This document shows, in pieces, positions 8,699 through 18,536 of a DNA stretch of 64,000 bases. This DNA is from an uncultured cyanobacterium. Lineage in GTDB: Bacteria; Cyanobacteriota; Cyanobacteriia; Cyanobacteriales; CAWCAG01. The stretch is from positions 64,001-128,000 of the forward strand of contig CAWCAG010000005.1 of NCBI GenBank assembly GCA_963793425.1, read 5' to 3'. Positions within the stretch are counted from its first letter, which is position 1; every line of letters starts with the position of its first letter. The position numbers were made by a program, and so were the translations under genes. The notes under the pieces are model-generated. The model was not told the origin of the DNA, ran no database searches, and saw nothing but the letters and a program-made list of their open reading frames with translations.

Positions 8699-10794
8699 AT
8701 CCGGCTATGAGGACTAATTTCTTGCTGCCATAGAACATCTGCCACTTTTCTTACTCCGTTCTTTAGATGACGGCGAAAAGTACTAAAGGGTATATCTAGT
8801 AACTCTGCGGCTTTTTCTTGGCTAGGTGCAGGATCGAAGTAGGTGTGGTCAAGGGCTCGATAGTATTTAGCCTGGCGAGGTGAGGAAAGTAAGGACATTG
8901 CTGCATCTTTAACTAAGCTTTGTAATATGGCAATGTATTCTGCTTCCTCTGCTTCGGGGATCGCTTCTCTTCTAACCAAGTGGGATTGTAACAAAGGATT
9001 GTTATTGAGATCATTGGGACTGGTAAAACAGCGCAGGGCGTTCCATACCGCTTCTCTAAACTCAGCTTCACTCAGAAAAACTAAAGGCTGACTCACTTGA
9101 GAAGGAGATATGGCTTGGGCTGAGGCAGCGATTTCTCTTTGTGCTAAAAGTTTCTGCCAGGCTTTAGGGGGTAGTACTCGCCAGTCATGGCCATAAACTC
9201 CGTAGCATTGCTTTGCGATCTCGAAATCTGCTTCAGCAATTCTGGTTAAGTCAGCATAGGCAAACATCGCAGCCCAATAATCTGCTTCAGCACAAGGAAA
9301 GAAGCTAAAGGCTAATCCAGGGGCATGGCGGTGGTATTGTATGAAATTAATAAAAATGAGGCTTTGCACCGCAGAAACCCCTTGATAGCTATCCTGAGCC
9401 ATCCAGAAGCGGAAAAAGGCTGCCCCTTCCCCTGAACGCAAGGGAGCATTTTTTTGTAGATACTTCCAAGCTTTATAAGTGGCTGGATCTGCCTTCAAAT
9501 CCTCGTCTTTGGCTTCGTGTAAAGCGACTGTCATCATCAACCCAGCTAGCTGTTGTTTTTGGTCACGAAACACCCTAACACCTTCGGGTTGCAGTTTTAG
9601 CCAATGGGCCGCTATTTGGGCAGATTCGCAACCTTCATACTGATCTACTATCCCTAACAAAGCTTCCCTATCTCCTTCTTTAAGACTGTCGGTGGTGAGG
9701 TCGCTATTTTCTTGCCAAGTAAACCGGGGTTTAACGGCTGGATTATCTCGGTGGAGGAAGATGTAATCAAAGAGGAGACGATGTTGTTCTTGCCCTTGGG
9801 TTTCTCCTAGACCCGTTGTATAATAGTTGCGGGCCCGTTGATGAAGTTCGCTATACCAGTCTGGATTACGCCAACGCAAGTCTGCTACTAATACATCCCG
9901 GACTAAATCGTGGGGAAACAAACCCACAGGGGCAGGTTCAATAAATGATAAGCTACGTAACCAAGTAAATAATTCGTGGCTATCTGGTTTTTCTAGCATC
10001 TTGGCTAGTAAAGTTTCGGTCAGTGAACGAACTAAAGTACAGGCTTCCAAGGCCTGGCGATGAGTTTGACTAGGAACTTCTTGGACAAATTTTTCTAGTA
10101 AGGCTTTAATCACGTCTGGCATCGCTTCAGGTTGCCAAGAAAGTTTTTGACCTTGGGTCAAAACATCAGCTACTAAGGACAAAGCGAGGGGATGACCGTG
10201 GGTAAAGTCAAGAATTTGGGGATATTGAGTTTCGGGTAGCTTGTTTTTAGCCAGGTAAAGATAACTCTCTTCTGGGGAGAAGTTGCGTAGAGGTAAAAAC
10301 TGAGTTACGCTTTGCCAACCAGGATCTGTGTACCAAGGAGTACTAGGGGAATGGCGACTAGAGGTGATCAGTAAAACTTCTTCTGGTAACTGGGGTAGAA
10401 AAACTTCCCGCAGCCATTCATCAAGGGAAGTTAGGGTTTCATAGGTATCAAGTAAAATAACCTGGTGATTTGGGTTATCAGCTAATGTTTGTAAGGGAGA
10501 TTCCAAAGGAGGTAACTTCATGACAAAACCTAACCCCTTAAGGAAAGATTCAGGGGTGGCTTCGAGGTTGCGAGTATCTAAATAAAAGGATTGAATTTGA
10601 GACTGTTGGCAAATGAGAATAAATTCTCTGAGGAGTGTTGTTTTGCCAATGCCCCCTGGGCAAAAAATATGTAAGATATGAAAAGGTAATTGGGGTTTGG
10701 TAATCGCCTCTGTAAATTTTGCCAATTCCCCTGCGCGACCAACAAAGTAGTGATGGCGTGCCGATTTTAAACGTTCTTCTAGGGGTGATGTCAT
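8695..10794 (-). CDS. STAND-like AAA ATPase with C-terminal HTH (putative transcriptional regulator)
   Basis: FVGRAGEL, Walker A PGGIGKTT, Walker B ILLDTYE, GHPLAL, C-terminal SQEKAAELLDIPFSTFRRHL; likely start ATG 10794 rather than 11085. Confidence 0.8.
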   Translation of the reverse strand: MTSPLEERLKSARHHYFVGRAGELAKFTEAITKPQLPFHILHIFCPGGIGKTTLLREFILICQQSQIQSFYLDTRNLEATPESFLKGLGFVMKLPPLESPLQTLADNPNHQVILLDTYETLTSLDEWLREVFLPQLPEEVLLITSSRHSPSTPWYTDPGWQSVTQFLPLRNFSPEESYLYLAKNKLPETQYPQILDFTHGHPLALSLVADVLTQGQKLSWQPEAMPDVIKALLEKFVQEVPSQTHRQALEACTLVRSLTETLLAKMLEKPDSHELFTWLRSLSFIEPAPVGLFPHDLVRDVLVADLRWRNPDWYSELHQRARNYYTTGLGETQGQEQHRLLFDYIFLHRDNPAVKPRFTWQENSDLTTDSLKEGDREALLGIVDQYEGCESAQIAAHWLKLQPEGVRVFRDQKQQLAGLMMTVALHEAKDEDLKADPATYKAWKYLQKNAPLRSGEGAAFFRFWMAQDSYQGVSAVQSLIFINFIQYHRHAPGLAFSFFPCAEADYWAAMFAYADLTRIAEADFEIAKQCYGVYGHDWRVLPPKAWQKLLAQREIAASAQAISPSQVSQPLVFLSEAEFREAVWNALRCFTSPNDLNNNPLLQSHLVRREAIPEAEEAEYIAILQSLVKDAAMSLLSSPRQAKYYRALDHTYFDPAPSQEKAAELLDIPFSTFRRHLKNGVRKVADVLWQQEISPHSRI

Positions 10795-10894
10795 ACTAGA
10801 GCGGTGTTGACTAGCACAGGTTATTTTTGAGAGTGGCGAGGGAGCAGGAAGTAGGGATTTGAGAAATTTGGGACTAGATTCTCTAGCGGTTTTA

Positions 10895-10915
10895 TTGTAA
10901 CCGGATTTGGTATCA
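10895..10915. repeat. Dispersed MITE-end-like repeat (other copies 38147-38167, partial 32546-32562)
   Basis: ttgtaaccggatttggtatca is 20/21 identical to the reverse complement of 38147-38167. Confidence 0.6.
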
Positions 10916-11040
10916 TAGGGATTGTTTTGAACTTGATGATTAAATTCTTTCAGGTTTTGCGACAAACTTAATATAACTTCGCTACGCTCAAGAAGATTTT
11001 GGGTACAATTGCCCTTAAGTAGCGACAGGAAAAGAAGGAA

Positions 11041-12750
11041 ATGATAGCTAACTTTCAAGACGTATTTGGGGAAGGCAACCCGCAATTAATTAGGGAACTG
11101 AAAGGCAAACTAAAACCAATTAATATTGCGATCGCCACAGCAGCTTCCTTATTCGGTCAATTTTTACTTTATTTATTCTTCCACAAACTTTTACCAAACC
11201 CTCTTGTTGGTTCCCTAGAGAAATTCAGTCGTTATTGCCAGGGAAACACGCCAGATTTCTTAAATTATCCCAGTTCTCAACACTGTACTACAGATAGCTT
11301 AGGGAACTTAGCAATTAACTGGCAACTTTGGGGGTTAGATATCTTCATCTGCACCAGCGTTATTGGTATAGTTGCACTTTTAGTCGGGGGAACTTATTTA
11401 CTGATCCGAGACTTATCTCAAGAAGAGAGTCGCGGTACTTTAGGGTTTATTCGCCTGTCTCCTCAACCCGCAGCAGGTATCTTAACCGGTAAAATTTTAG
11501 GCGTACCTAGCTTACTATACTTATTTTGCGCCCTCGGTCTGCCCCTCAACTTCTATGGGGCAATGGAAGCAAACATTCCCCCTCTTCTAGTTGCCTCTTT
11601 CTACGGAATCTTGGCTGTTAGCTGTATTTTCTTCTACACCGCAGCTTTACTATTTTCCCTAGTTAATAACAAATTAGCTGCATTTTCTCCTTGGCTTGGT
11701 AGCGGTACAGTTTTAGCTTTCTTAATCATCGTCAACATACCCTTTTTAAGCAACATCGTAGGATTGCCAGTCTCTGCCATCTCCCATACCCCCTTTGATT
11801 GGTTCATTGTTTTTTATCCCGGCATCTTACTACCTCATCTAATTGCAGCCACTTCCTTAGCCCCAATCTATAATTTCGATGCTGCCAACTTAGCCCAGCT
11901 AAGATGGTATGGAATGCCCTTCTGGAGTCATGCCGGGGCAACAACAGCCTTTGTCTTAGCTAACTATTATTTGTGGACAAGTTGGCTGTGGCAAGGACTC
12001 AAACGCCGCTTCCATAACCCCAATAATGCCTTAATTACCAGACGACAAAGCTATTGGTTATCGGGCAGTTTCATTGCTACAATCATCGGTTTTGTCCCTC
12101 AACAACCAGAATTTGGTACTTACCAAGCTGCCTTGTTTGAAAACTTCGGCTTCGTTATGGGGCTAACCTTAATTCTCTTCCTCGCCTTAATTCCGACCTT
12201 AAGTCCTCAACGTCAAACCCTCCAAGATTGGGCTAGCTATCGCTATCAAAGTAAATATGATCGTTGGAGTTTGTGGAAAGATTTAGTTTGGGGAGAAAAA
12301 AGCCCGGCCACTTTAGCGATCGCCCTTAATCTTTTCACCGCCACAGCAGTAATCTTGCCCGGTATCTTAATGCTACCTCTGCAAGAATACAAACTACCTG
12401 TATTTTTCGGGATGCTTTTTACTGCCAGTCTAATTTTACTTTACGCTTGCATCTTTCAATTAGCTTTGTTGATGAAACGTCCTCAACACGGCATTTGGTT
12501 AGCAATGGCAGTCTTTGTTTCCACCATCTTCCCTTTTATGACTTGGTGGCTACTCAAACTCAACCCCCATACTGTACCGGGATTAGGCTTTTTCACCTTC
12601 CTTCCCACCACAGCCCTAGAATACACCCAAGTTACAACTTTATGCTTCTCCTTATTTGTCCCTTGGTTAAGCATCGCCTTAATTTCTTGGCAAACCAAAC
12701 GTCAATTACAAAAAGTGGGAGAGTCGGAAACTAAGGCTTTGTTAACTTAA
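11041..12750 (+). CDS. Multi-pass membrane protein (ABC-2 permease-like, cyanobacterial)
   Basis: Many hydrophobic segments; NPQLIRELKG and EESRGTLGFIRLSPQ...GKILG motifs. Confidence 0.65.
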   Translation: MIANFQDVFGEGNPQLIRELKGKLKPINIAIATAASLFGQFLLYLFFHKLLPNPLVGSLEKFSRYCQGNTPDFLNYPSSQHCTTDSLGNLAINWQLWGLDIFICTSVIGIVALLVGGTYLLIRDLSQEESRGTLGFIRLSPQPAAGILTGKILGVPSLLYLFCALGLPLNFYGAMEANIPPLLVASFYGILAVSCIFFYTAALLFSLVNNKLAAFSPWLGSGTVLAFLIIVNIPFLSNIVGLPVSAISHTPFDWFIVFYPGILLPHLIAATSLAPIYNFDAANLAQLRWYGMPFWSHAGATTAFVLANYYLWTSWLWQGLKRRFHNPNNALITRRQSYWLSGSFIATIIGFVPQQPEFGTYQAALFENFGFVMGLTLILFLALIPTLSPQRQTLQDWASYRYQSKYDRWSLWKDLVWGEKSPATLAIALNLFTATAVILPGILMLPLQEYKLPVFFGMLFTASLILLYACIFQLALLMKRPQHGIWLAMAVFVSTIFPFMTWWLLKLNPHTVPGLGFFTFLPTTALEYTQVTTLCFSLFVPWLSIALISWQTKRQLQKVGESETKALLT

Positions 12751-12922
12751 CCTCTCTATCAATAAAGGCGATTTGCTAGTGGCTAATTGCTATTGGAGTA
12801 CTCTAGGAGTCTGAGGCTTTGCGGTGAAATTTAGTGATTCCTTAAAAATTAGCCAGCGATTGCACAACGTATTATTTGTGTAGTATAATCGGATAAGTTA
12901 GTGGCAAAAAGGAAACCACACC

Positions 12923-13104
12923 ATGAATATCCGCAAAAACCTACGCAACATTGGTATTTCTGCCCATATCGACTCTGGCAAAACTACTTTAAGTGAGCGA
13001 ATTTTGTTCTACACAGGCAAAATCCACAAAATTGAAGAAGTACGAGGCGGTGGTAGTGGGGCGAAAATGGATTACATGGAGTTGGAAACCCTAAAAGGTA
13101 TTAC
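12923..13104 (+). pseudogene. fusA: 5' fragment of an elongation factor G paralogue, truncated by an IS605-family element
   Basis: [25 protein letters not shown]...[13 protein letters not shown], then EF-G similarity stops at TTAC 13101-13104. Confidence 0.85.
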
Positions 13105-13207
13105 CAAAAACCAAAAAAGGTCTAAGGTTCCCCGTTCTTATAGGACGGATTCGCTCTGCACTCTCACGGTATAATATTGAAAAAAGCAGAGCCTTTGCCT
13201 CCAAAAA

Positions 13208-13802
13208 GTGAAAGCACGATACAGATACAGATTTTATCCAAACATCGAGCAAAAACAAAAACTTGCTCAACTGTTTGGCTGTACTCGTGTAGTTTGGAAT
13301 GACGCTTTAGCTTTATGCAAAAGTAGTAGAAGGAGAGAAAAGACTAGAAAAAGAGCAGCAAGGTTACACACCAAAATTAAAGATGCTCGTCAAGACTTCC
13401 TCCATAAACTTTCAACCAAGATAATTCGTGAAAACCAAACAATAATCTTAGAAGACCTCAACGTATCGGGGATGGTCAAGAACAGAAAACTATCCCGTGC
13501 CATAAGTGACTTAGGTTGGCGTAGTTTTAGGACTATGTTAAAAGCCAAAGCCGTTATGTACCGCAGAGATTTTCGAGTCATAAATAGATGGGAACCGACT
13601 ACCCAAAAGTGTCATGGGTGTGGTTTTAAAGGTGGGAAGAAAGCGGATGCGACCCCGCGTCGGCGTAAGACCCAAGGGAACGCGCACCAAGTAGAACTCT
13701 CGGAAGGGAATGGACTTGTTTAAACTGCGGTGCAGTCCATGATAGAGATGTTAATGCTGCTGTCAACATTTTAGTCGCAGGGAGACACCCTGAGACTTTA
13801 AA
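13208..13802 (+). pseudogene. tnpB: tnpB remnant with large internal deletion, repeat insertion and frameshift
   Basis: YRYRFYP...LFGCTRVVWN joined directly to RRREKTRKR...DFLHKLST...ILEDLNV...[26 protein letters not shown] is in another frame; no GIDLG RuvC-I motif. Confidence 0.85.
13643..13693. repeat. ~50-nt GC-rich insertion repeat, copy 1
   Basis: Aligns with 13803-13852 (cccgcg...caagggaacgcg.a.caag); interrupts tnpB between GGKK and ELS. Confidence 0.7.
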
Positions 13803-13852
13803 GCGCACCGAACCCGCGCCGCCGAAAGGCGCAAGGGAACGCGGAGCAAGAA
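13803..13852. repeat. ~50-nt GC-rich insertion repeat, copy 2
   Basis: gcgcaccgaacccgcgccgccgaaaggcgcaagggaacgcggagcaagaa, with internal cgcc-gaaa-ggcg hairpin. Confidence 0.7.
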
Positions 13853-14170
13853 ACGGACGTGGAGGGAAGCAGCTATACTACAACTGTAGCAGCAACCTGT
13901 GAAACGTCAACCCAACTAGAACCCGTGCAACTGTCGTTGTTTGGGTAGATAGGGAATCCCCGTACCTTAGCCTTCGGCAACGCTGCGCGAATAGGTCGGG
14001 GAGGATGTCAATATGGACTTGCGATGAAATACAGCAATCAATGTCTTTAACTCCCGCTTTCTGTAGTAAACACGACAACCAACAAGCGTGTACGCTACCT
14101 CCGCAAACATACTGTGCCACTAAACACAGACTTGGTATCAGTCGAATTTTGCTTAACCATTAGCAAATTT

Positions 14171-14196
14171 CACATTTAGAAACATTTCTAAATGTG
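14171..14196. promoter_or_regulatory. 12-bp perfect inverted repeat upstream of bicA
   Basis: cacatttagaaa-ca-tttctaaatgtg. Confidence 0.5.
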
Positions 14197-14237
14197 TAGT
14201 TTTGGTATAGGCTGAACTAAATGAAAACTTTAAATCA

Positions 14238-14253
14238 ATAGATTTTTATCTAT
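14238..14253. promoter_or_regulatory. CcmR/NdhR-type LysR box
   Basis: ATAG-atttttat-CTAT (ATAG-N8-CTAT), 50 bp upstream of bicA. Confidence 0.7.
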
Positions 14254-14302
14254 CAAGGTGCGCTTAAATTTACAGATTACTACTTAGACAACTTACAAAT
14301 TC

Positions 14303-16024
14303 ATGCAAATAGTCAACCGCATTCATTTTAGAAATCTTAGGGGGGATATTTTCGGTGGTCTAACCGCCGCAGTTATTGCCCTACCTATGGCTCTCGCCTT
14401 CGGGGTAGCTTCTGGGGCAGGGCCAGCCGCTGGTCTTTATGGAGCCGTTTTAGTCGGCTTTTTTGCTGCCCTGTTTGGAGGGACTCCTACCCTCATTTCT
14501 GAACCTACAGGACCAATGACAGTGGTAATGACCGCTGTCATTGCTGACTTAATTGCAGATACTGACCCCGAAACAGGTTTAGCCATGGCTTTTACAGTAG
14601 TCATGCTAGCCGGGGTTATCCAAATCATCTTTGGGATATTACGTTTAGGTAAATACGTTACCCTAATGCCTTACACCGTAGTCTCAGGCTTTATGTCCGG
14701 GATCGGGATCATTCTGATTATCTTACAAATAGGGCCCTTTCTTGGTCAAGTAAGTCCTAAAGGAGGTGTGGTTGGTACGATCCAAAACTTGCCAGATTTA
14801 TTAGCTAACATCAATCCGGCTGAGTTAGCTTTGAGTGCTATTACCGTAGCCTTACTTGTCTTTACACCAAGTAAAATTAAGAAATTTTTGCCACCCCAGC
14901 TTTTAGCTTTAATCTTGGGAACAATTATTTCTCTAACTGTATTCGCGAATGCAGGTATTCGTCGTATTAGTGATATTGGTGAAATTCCTACTGGTTTACC
15001 ATCTTTACATGCACCAACTTTTAGCCCTGAGCAACTACAGTTGATGTTTGTTGATGCCTTAGTTTTAGGGATGCTTGGTTGTATTGATGCTTTGCTTACT
15101 TCTGTGGTTGCAGACAGTCTTACCCGTACCCAACACGATTCTGACAAAGAACTAATCGGTCAAGGACTTGGTAACATTGCTTCTGGGCTGTTTGGCGGTA
15201 TTGCTGGGGCTGGGGCCACAATGGGAACAGTGGTTAATATTCAAGCAGGAGGACGTACTGCTTTATCTGGTTTAACTCGTGCCTTTATTTTGATGGTTGT
15301 TGTCTTGGGGGCTGCTGGTTTAACAGAAAGTATTCCTTTAGCAGTCTTAGCCGGTATTGCCCTTAAAGTAGGTATTGATATCATTGACTGGGGTTTCTTG
15401 AAACGGGCTCACAAAGTTTCTTGGAAAGCAGCTATGATTATGTATGGGGTAATTATCCTCACGGTATTTGTTGACTTAATTGCGGCTGTTGGTGTTGGTG
15501 TTTTTGTTGCTAATATTTTAACTATCGAACGCTTAAGCAAACTACAATCCAATGACGTGAAAGCAATTACCGATGCTGATGATGTCATTCTCTTAGATGA
15601 AGAAGAGAAACGACTCCTCAATGCTGGGGATGGTCGTATTCTGATTTTTCACCTTGATGGACCAATGATTTTCGGTGTAGCTAAAGCTATTTCTAGGCAA
15701 CAAATAGCCATGGAAGATCACGATGTCTTAATTCTTGATTTAAGCGATGTACCGATATTAGGTGTAACTTCTTCTTTAGCGATTGAAAATACTATTCAAG
15801 AAGCTTGTGATAAAGGCCGTCATGTCTTTATTGTCGGAGCGACAGGAGCAATTAAGCGCCGTTTACAAAAGTTTGGTATTTTACAACTCTTACCACCCCA
15901 CAACTTGGTGGTAGACCGTATAGATGCTCTCAAACAGGCTGTTGCTTTAATTAAGGGATACGAACCAGATTTAGAGCCAGTAGTTGCTGATAGGAATATG
16001 GCTGGGGGTTCAACTGCTGTCTAA
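14303..16024 (+). CDS. bicA: SulP-family Na+-dependent bicarbonate transporter BicA
   Basis: NLRGDIFGGLTAAVIALPMALAFG, ISEPTGP, GAGATMGT, C-terminal STAS domain. Confidence 0.92.
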   Translation: MQIVNRIHFRNLRGDIFGGLTAAVIALPMALAFGVASGAGPAAGLYGAVLVGFFAALFGGTPTLISEPTGPMTVVMTAVIADLIADTDPETGLAMAFTVVMLAGVIQIIFGILRLGKYVTLMPYTVVSGFMSGIGIILIILQIGPFLGQVSPKGGVVGTIQNLPDLLANINPAELALSAITVALLVFTPSKIKKFLPPQLLALILGTIISLTVFANAGIRRISDIGEIPTGLPSLHAPTFSPEQLQLMFVDALVLGMLGCIDALLTSVVADSLTRTQHDSDKELIGQGLGNIASGLFGGIAGAGATMGTVVNIQAGGRTALSGLTRAFILMVVVLGAAGLTESIPLAVLAGIALKVGIDIIDWGFLKRAHKVSWKAAMIMYGVIILTVFVDLIAAVGVGVFVANILTIERLSKLQSNDVKAITDADDVILLDEEEKRLLNAGDGRILIFHLDGPMIFGVAKAISRQQIAMEDHDVLILDLSDVPILGVTSSLAIENTIQEACDKGRHVFIVGATGAIKRRLQKFGILQLLPPHNLVVDRIDALKQAVALIKGYEPDLEPVVADRNMAGGSTAV

Positions 16025-16220
16025 AAGCAGTTGATTTATTTTTGCTTATTTAAACCACTAACTTTTACCTTTCAATTACTCCCATATACTCCCGAATTCT
16101 TCCTCTCAATGTCACGGTATTTGTCACTAAGGCGTAGGTTTCTATTCAACAGCCGCGTGAGGTCTGGGCCAATACTTCTTCGCTGGTGTCAACGTCCCGC
16201 AGGTACGAAACACGGCCACC

Positions 16221-16249
16221 AAAAAGCCGGGGCATGACCCCGGCTTTTT
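16221..16249. terminator. Bidirectional intrinsic terminator between bicA and sbtB
   Basis: aaaaagccgggg-catga-ccccggcttttt. Confidence 0.85.
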
Positions 16250-16268
16250 GGGTCTGCTTCGTCTCAAT

Positions 16269-16634
<366 letters not shown>

Positions 16635-16746
16635 CTATATAGAAACTCAGGAAAACGGCAGCACCGCGCGCTATCGCGCTGATATTATAGTCGCCGCGTT
16701 GGTTGCCGGGCCAGGGGAGTACCGACAGACCGCGACCCGTCTGGGA

Positions 16747-17753
16747 TTAGCCGCCCATCAGCGCCTGGGCAAGCCCGATGTAGAGCGGTATTCCCAAGGC
16801 GATCGCAACCGGCGTGCCGATGGCTGTGGACGAGCCGATGTAGGCGGAGGGATTGGCCGACGGAATACCTGCCCGTAAAGTGGGCGGCCCTGAGATGTCT
16901 GAACTGGAGGCGGCGATGACGGCCAAGAGTACGACACCGCCAGCGCTGAATCCCGTGGCGTAGTGAGCAATCATGCCGAAACCGAAAGCGATGAACCCAT
17001 GCAGCAGCGGTGCCACAAAGGCATATACGGCGTACCACTGGGCTACCTTACGCAGCTCTTTAAGCCTTGCAGCGGCTTCCATACCCATAATCAGCATCAG
17101 TACCGAAAGCAAACCGCGAAAGAGGTAAGAGTAGAAGTCTTCATAAACCTCTCCCGGCTGGGTTATTAGGCCTAGCGCAAGCCCTAGCAGTAGTGCCGAT
17201 AGGGCAGAACCCTGGAGGCTTTCCTGCACGATGGGCCATACCCTAACCCGCTTGTTGGTGGTACCACGCTTCTTGCTGGTATAAATGCTGGCTAAGACGA
17301 TCGCAGTCACGAGCGCTGGGATGTCCATGAAGGGATAGAGGGCGGCGGCCCAGGGCCGTATGTCATGTTTTGCCCCTCCATCAGCGTCAGGGCAGCAGCG
17401 AGGGTAGAGCCACTCACGGCACCGAACAAGCCCGCAGTCGCGATGCCATCCTCGGTTTTGACGTTCGGCAGCTTGCACAATGTGTAGCGCCCGATGAACA
17501 CGATAAGGATTCCTATTACCACGGCGAACAGTGCGGGCAACAGTATCTCTCCCAGGTTGGCGTCGCGGATCGCCTGACCACCGGTCAGGCCAACTTTCAT
17601 GAGCAGCATGAAGACGATGAACTTATAGACCGGATCAGGAATTGATAGTCGGCTACCGAGGGAGGCAACGATTATACCGCCAATCAGAAAGCCGAGTGTC
17701 GGGGACTGCAACTGCTCCAGGAAGCGTGTTAAAAAATCGGACAGAAAATCCAC
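16747..17753 (-). pseudogene. sbtA: Na+-dependent bicarbonate transporter SbtA, split by a 1-nt frameshift (real or sequencing error)
   Basis: ORFs 17307-17753 (QLQSPTLGFL, GAVSGST) and 16747-17478 (YPFMDIPAL, SSDISGPP) join if one base is added near 17353-17355. Confidence 0.85.
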
Positions 17754-17964
17754 TTGTTATAATTCTCCTTGATCATATCTTAGGGGTCAGGACGGCAGGC
17801 AAGCGTGGCCTCGAATCCTGTGGGTAGCTAGCTCTACGCATCCAGATAAGCAGCGAGTCAACCCGCCACAGAGATTGCATCTGCATCCCGGTGCGTCGTG
17901 TGCTGGAAGATAAGGTTTCACTCTGGCGAGCGCAAATGATCGCGCTAATTCAGTGGTGATTCAT

Positions 17965-18033
17965 TAGACATCTCTAGAAAAGAGGGAACAGAGGGAAAGA
18001 ATTGATTTCATTTTCTATTATTGAAGATGTCTA
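17965..18033. repeat. Short MITE-like element with 9-bp terminal inverted repeats
   Basis: tagacatct...agatgtcta at the right edge of the high-GC segment. Confidence 0.5.
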
Positions 18034-18536
18034 TTGACAATAGCTTGTTACTAACATAGTTTACCAGCAATTGGTTCGTAAAGTAAACAAGAGCTGAAAT
18101 CGAAAACATATGACTAAAAATAGCGATTAAGCGGCTCTCTTTTTGGTCTTTTTACGTCGGGAGCATCCTTTCTTATCAATAGGATAAGTCTTTCTTTTGA
18201 CTCTTTTAAGTTGAAGAACTGTTCTCCGACTAAAACTAGCCATATTCCTCAATCTAAAGTGGACTTAGCACTAAAGCTTTTATCTGATAGGCGATCGCAT
18301 TAGTTTGATATTTAGTCTTGTTTTTCTGAGAAATTCCAAAGAGTTGCTTCGCTAAATTTGCATATAAAAGAAAATCATTCAGAGGATTTTTTCCTTTACC
18401 CAATGAACTCACCCAGAGATCCTTGAGTGAGAAACGGTATAAAGCCTTACTTTCTTAATCTTCCCGGTCTACCAGAGTGAATTACCGTCAAAGTTAAGCT
18501 AAAGTAGCTTTTGGATTTAAACAAAGTTAAACTTTA

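Larger units (their letters stand above)
13105..14011 (+). mobile_element. Degenerate IS200/IS605-family element (tnpB only)
   Basis: Starts right after TTAC; ends ...ggggaggatgTCAA with a subterminal hairpin (tccccg...cgggga); contains a tnpB remnant. Confidence 0.85.

Noticed and set aside
10795..11085. N-terminal extension of the 796-aa ORF
   Set aside because: Runs through repeat DNA and overlaps the divergent gene; ATG 10794 sits just before the FVGR motif
12923..14011. IStron that could splice out and restore EF-G
   Set aside because: No group I intron core visible and the 3' part of EF-G is absent
14012..14031. TnpB guide targeting cupA (tatggacttg also occurs near 41853)
   Set aside because: Only a 10-nt match with no adjacent TTAC; chance level
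13878..14120. 80-aa Cys-rich minus-strand ORF
   Set aside because: Spans the IS right-end junction; no recognisable family
16205..16218. 14-nt exact match (acgaaacacggcca) to the loop of the putative Yfr2 (44194-44207)
   Set aside because: Several 14-mer pair matches are expected by chance in 64 kb; no flanking stem or 5' motif here
18056..18071. CcmR-like box ATAG-N8-CAAT upstream of sbtA
   Set aside because: One mismatch in AT-rich DNA about 300 bp from the start; too weak to call
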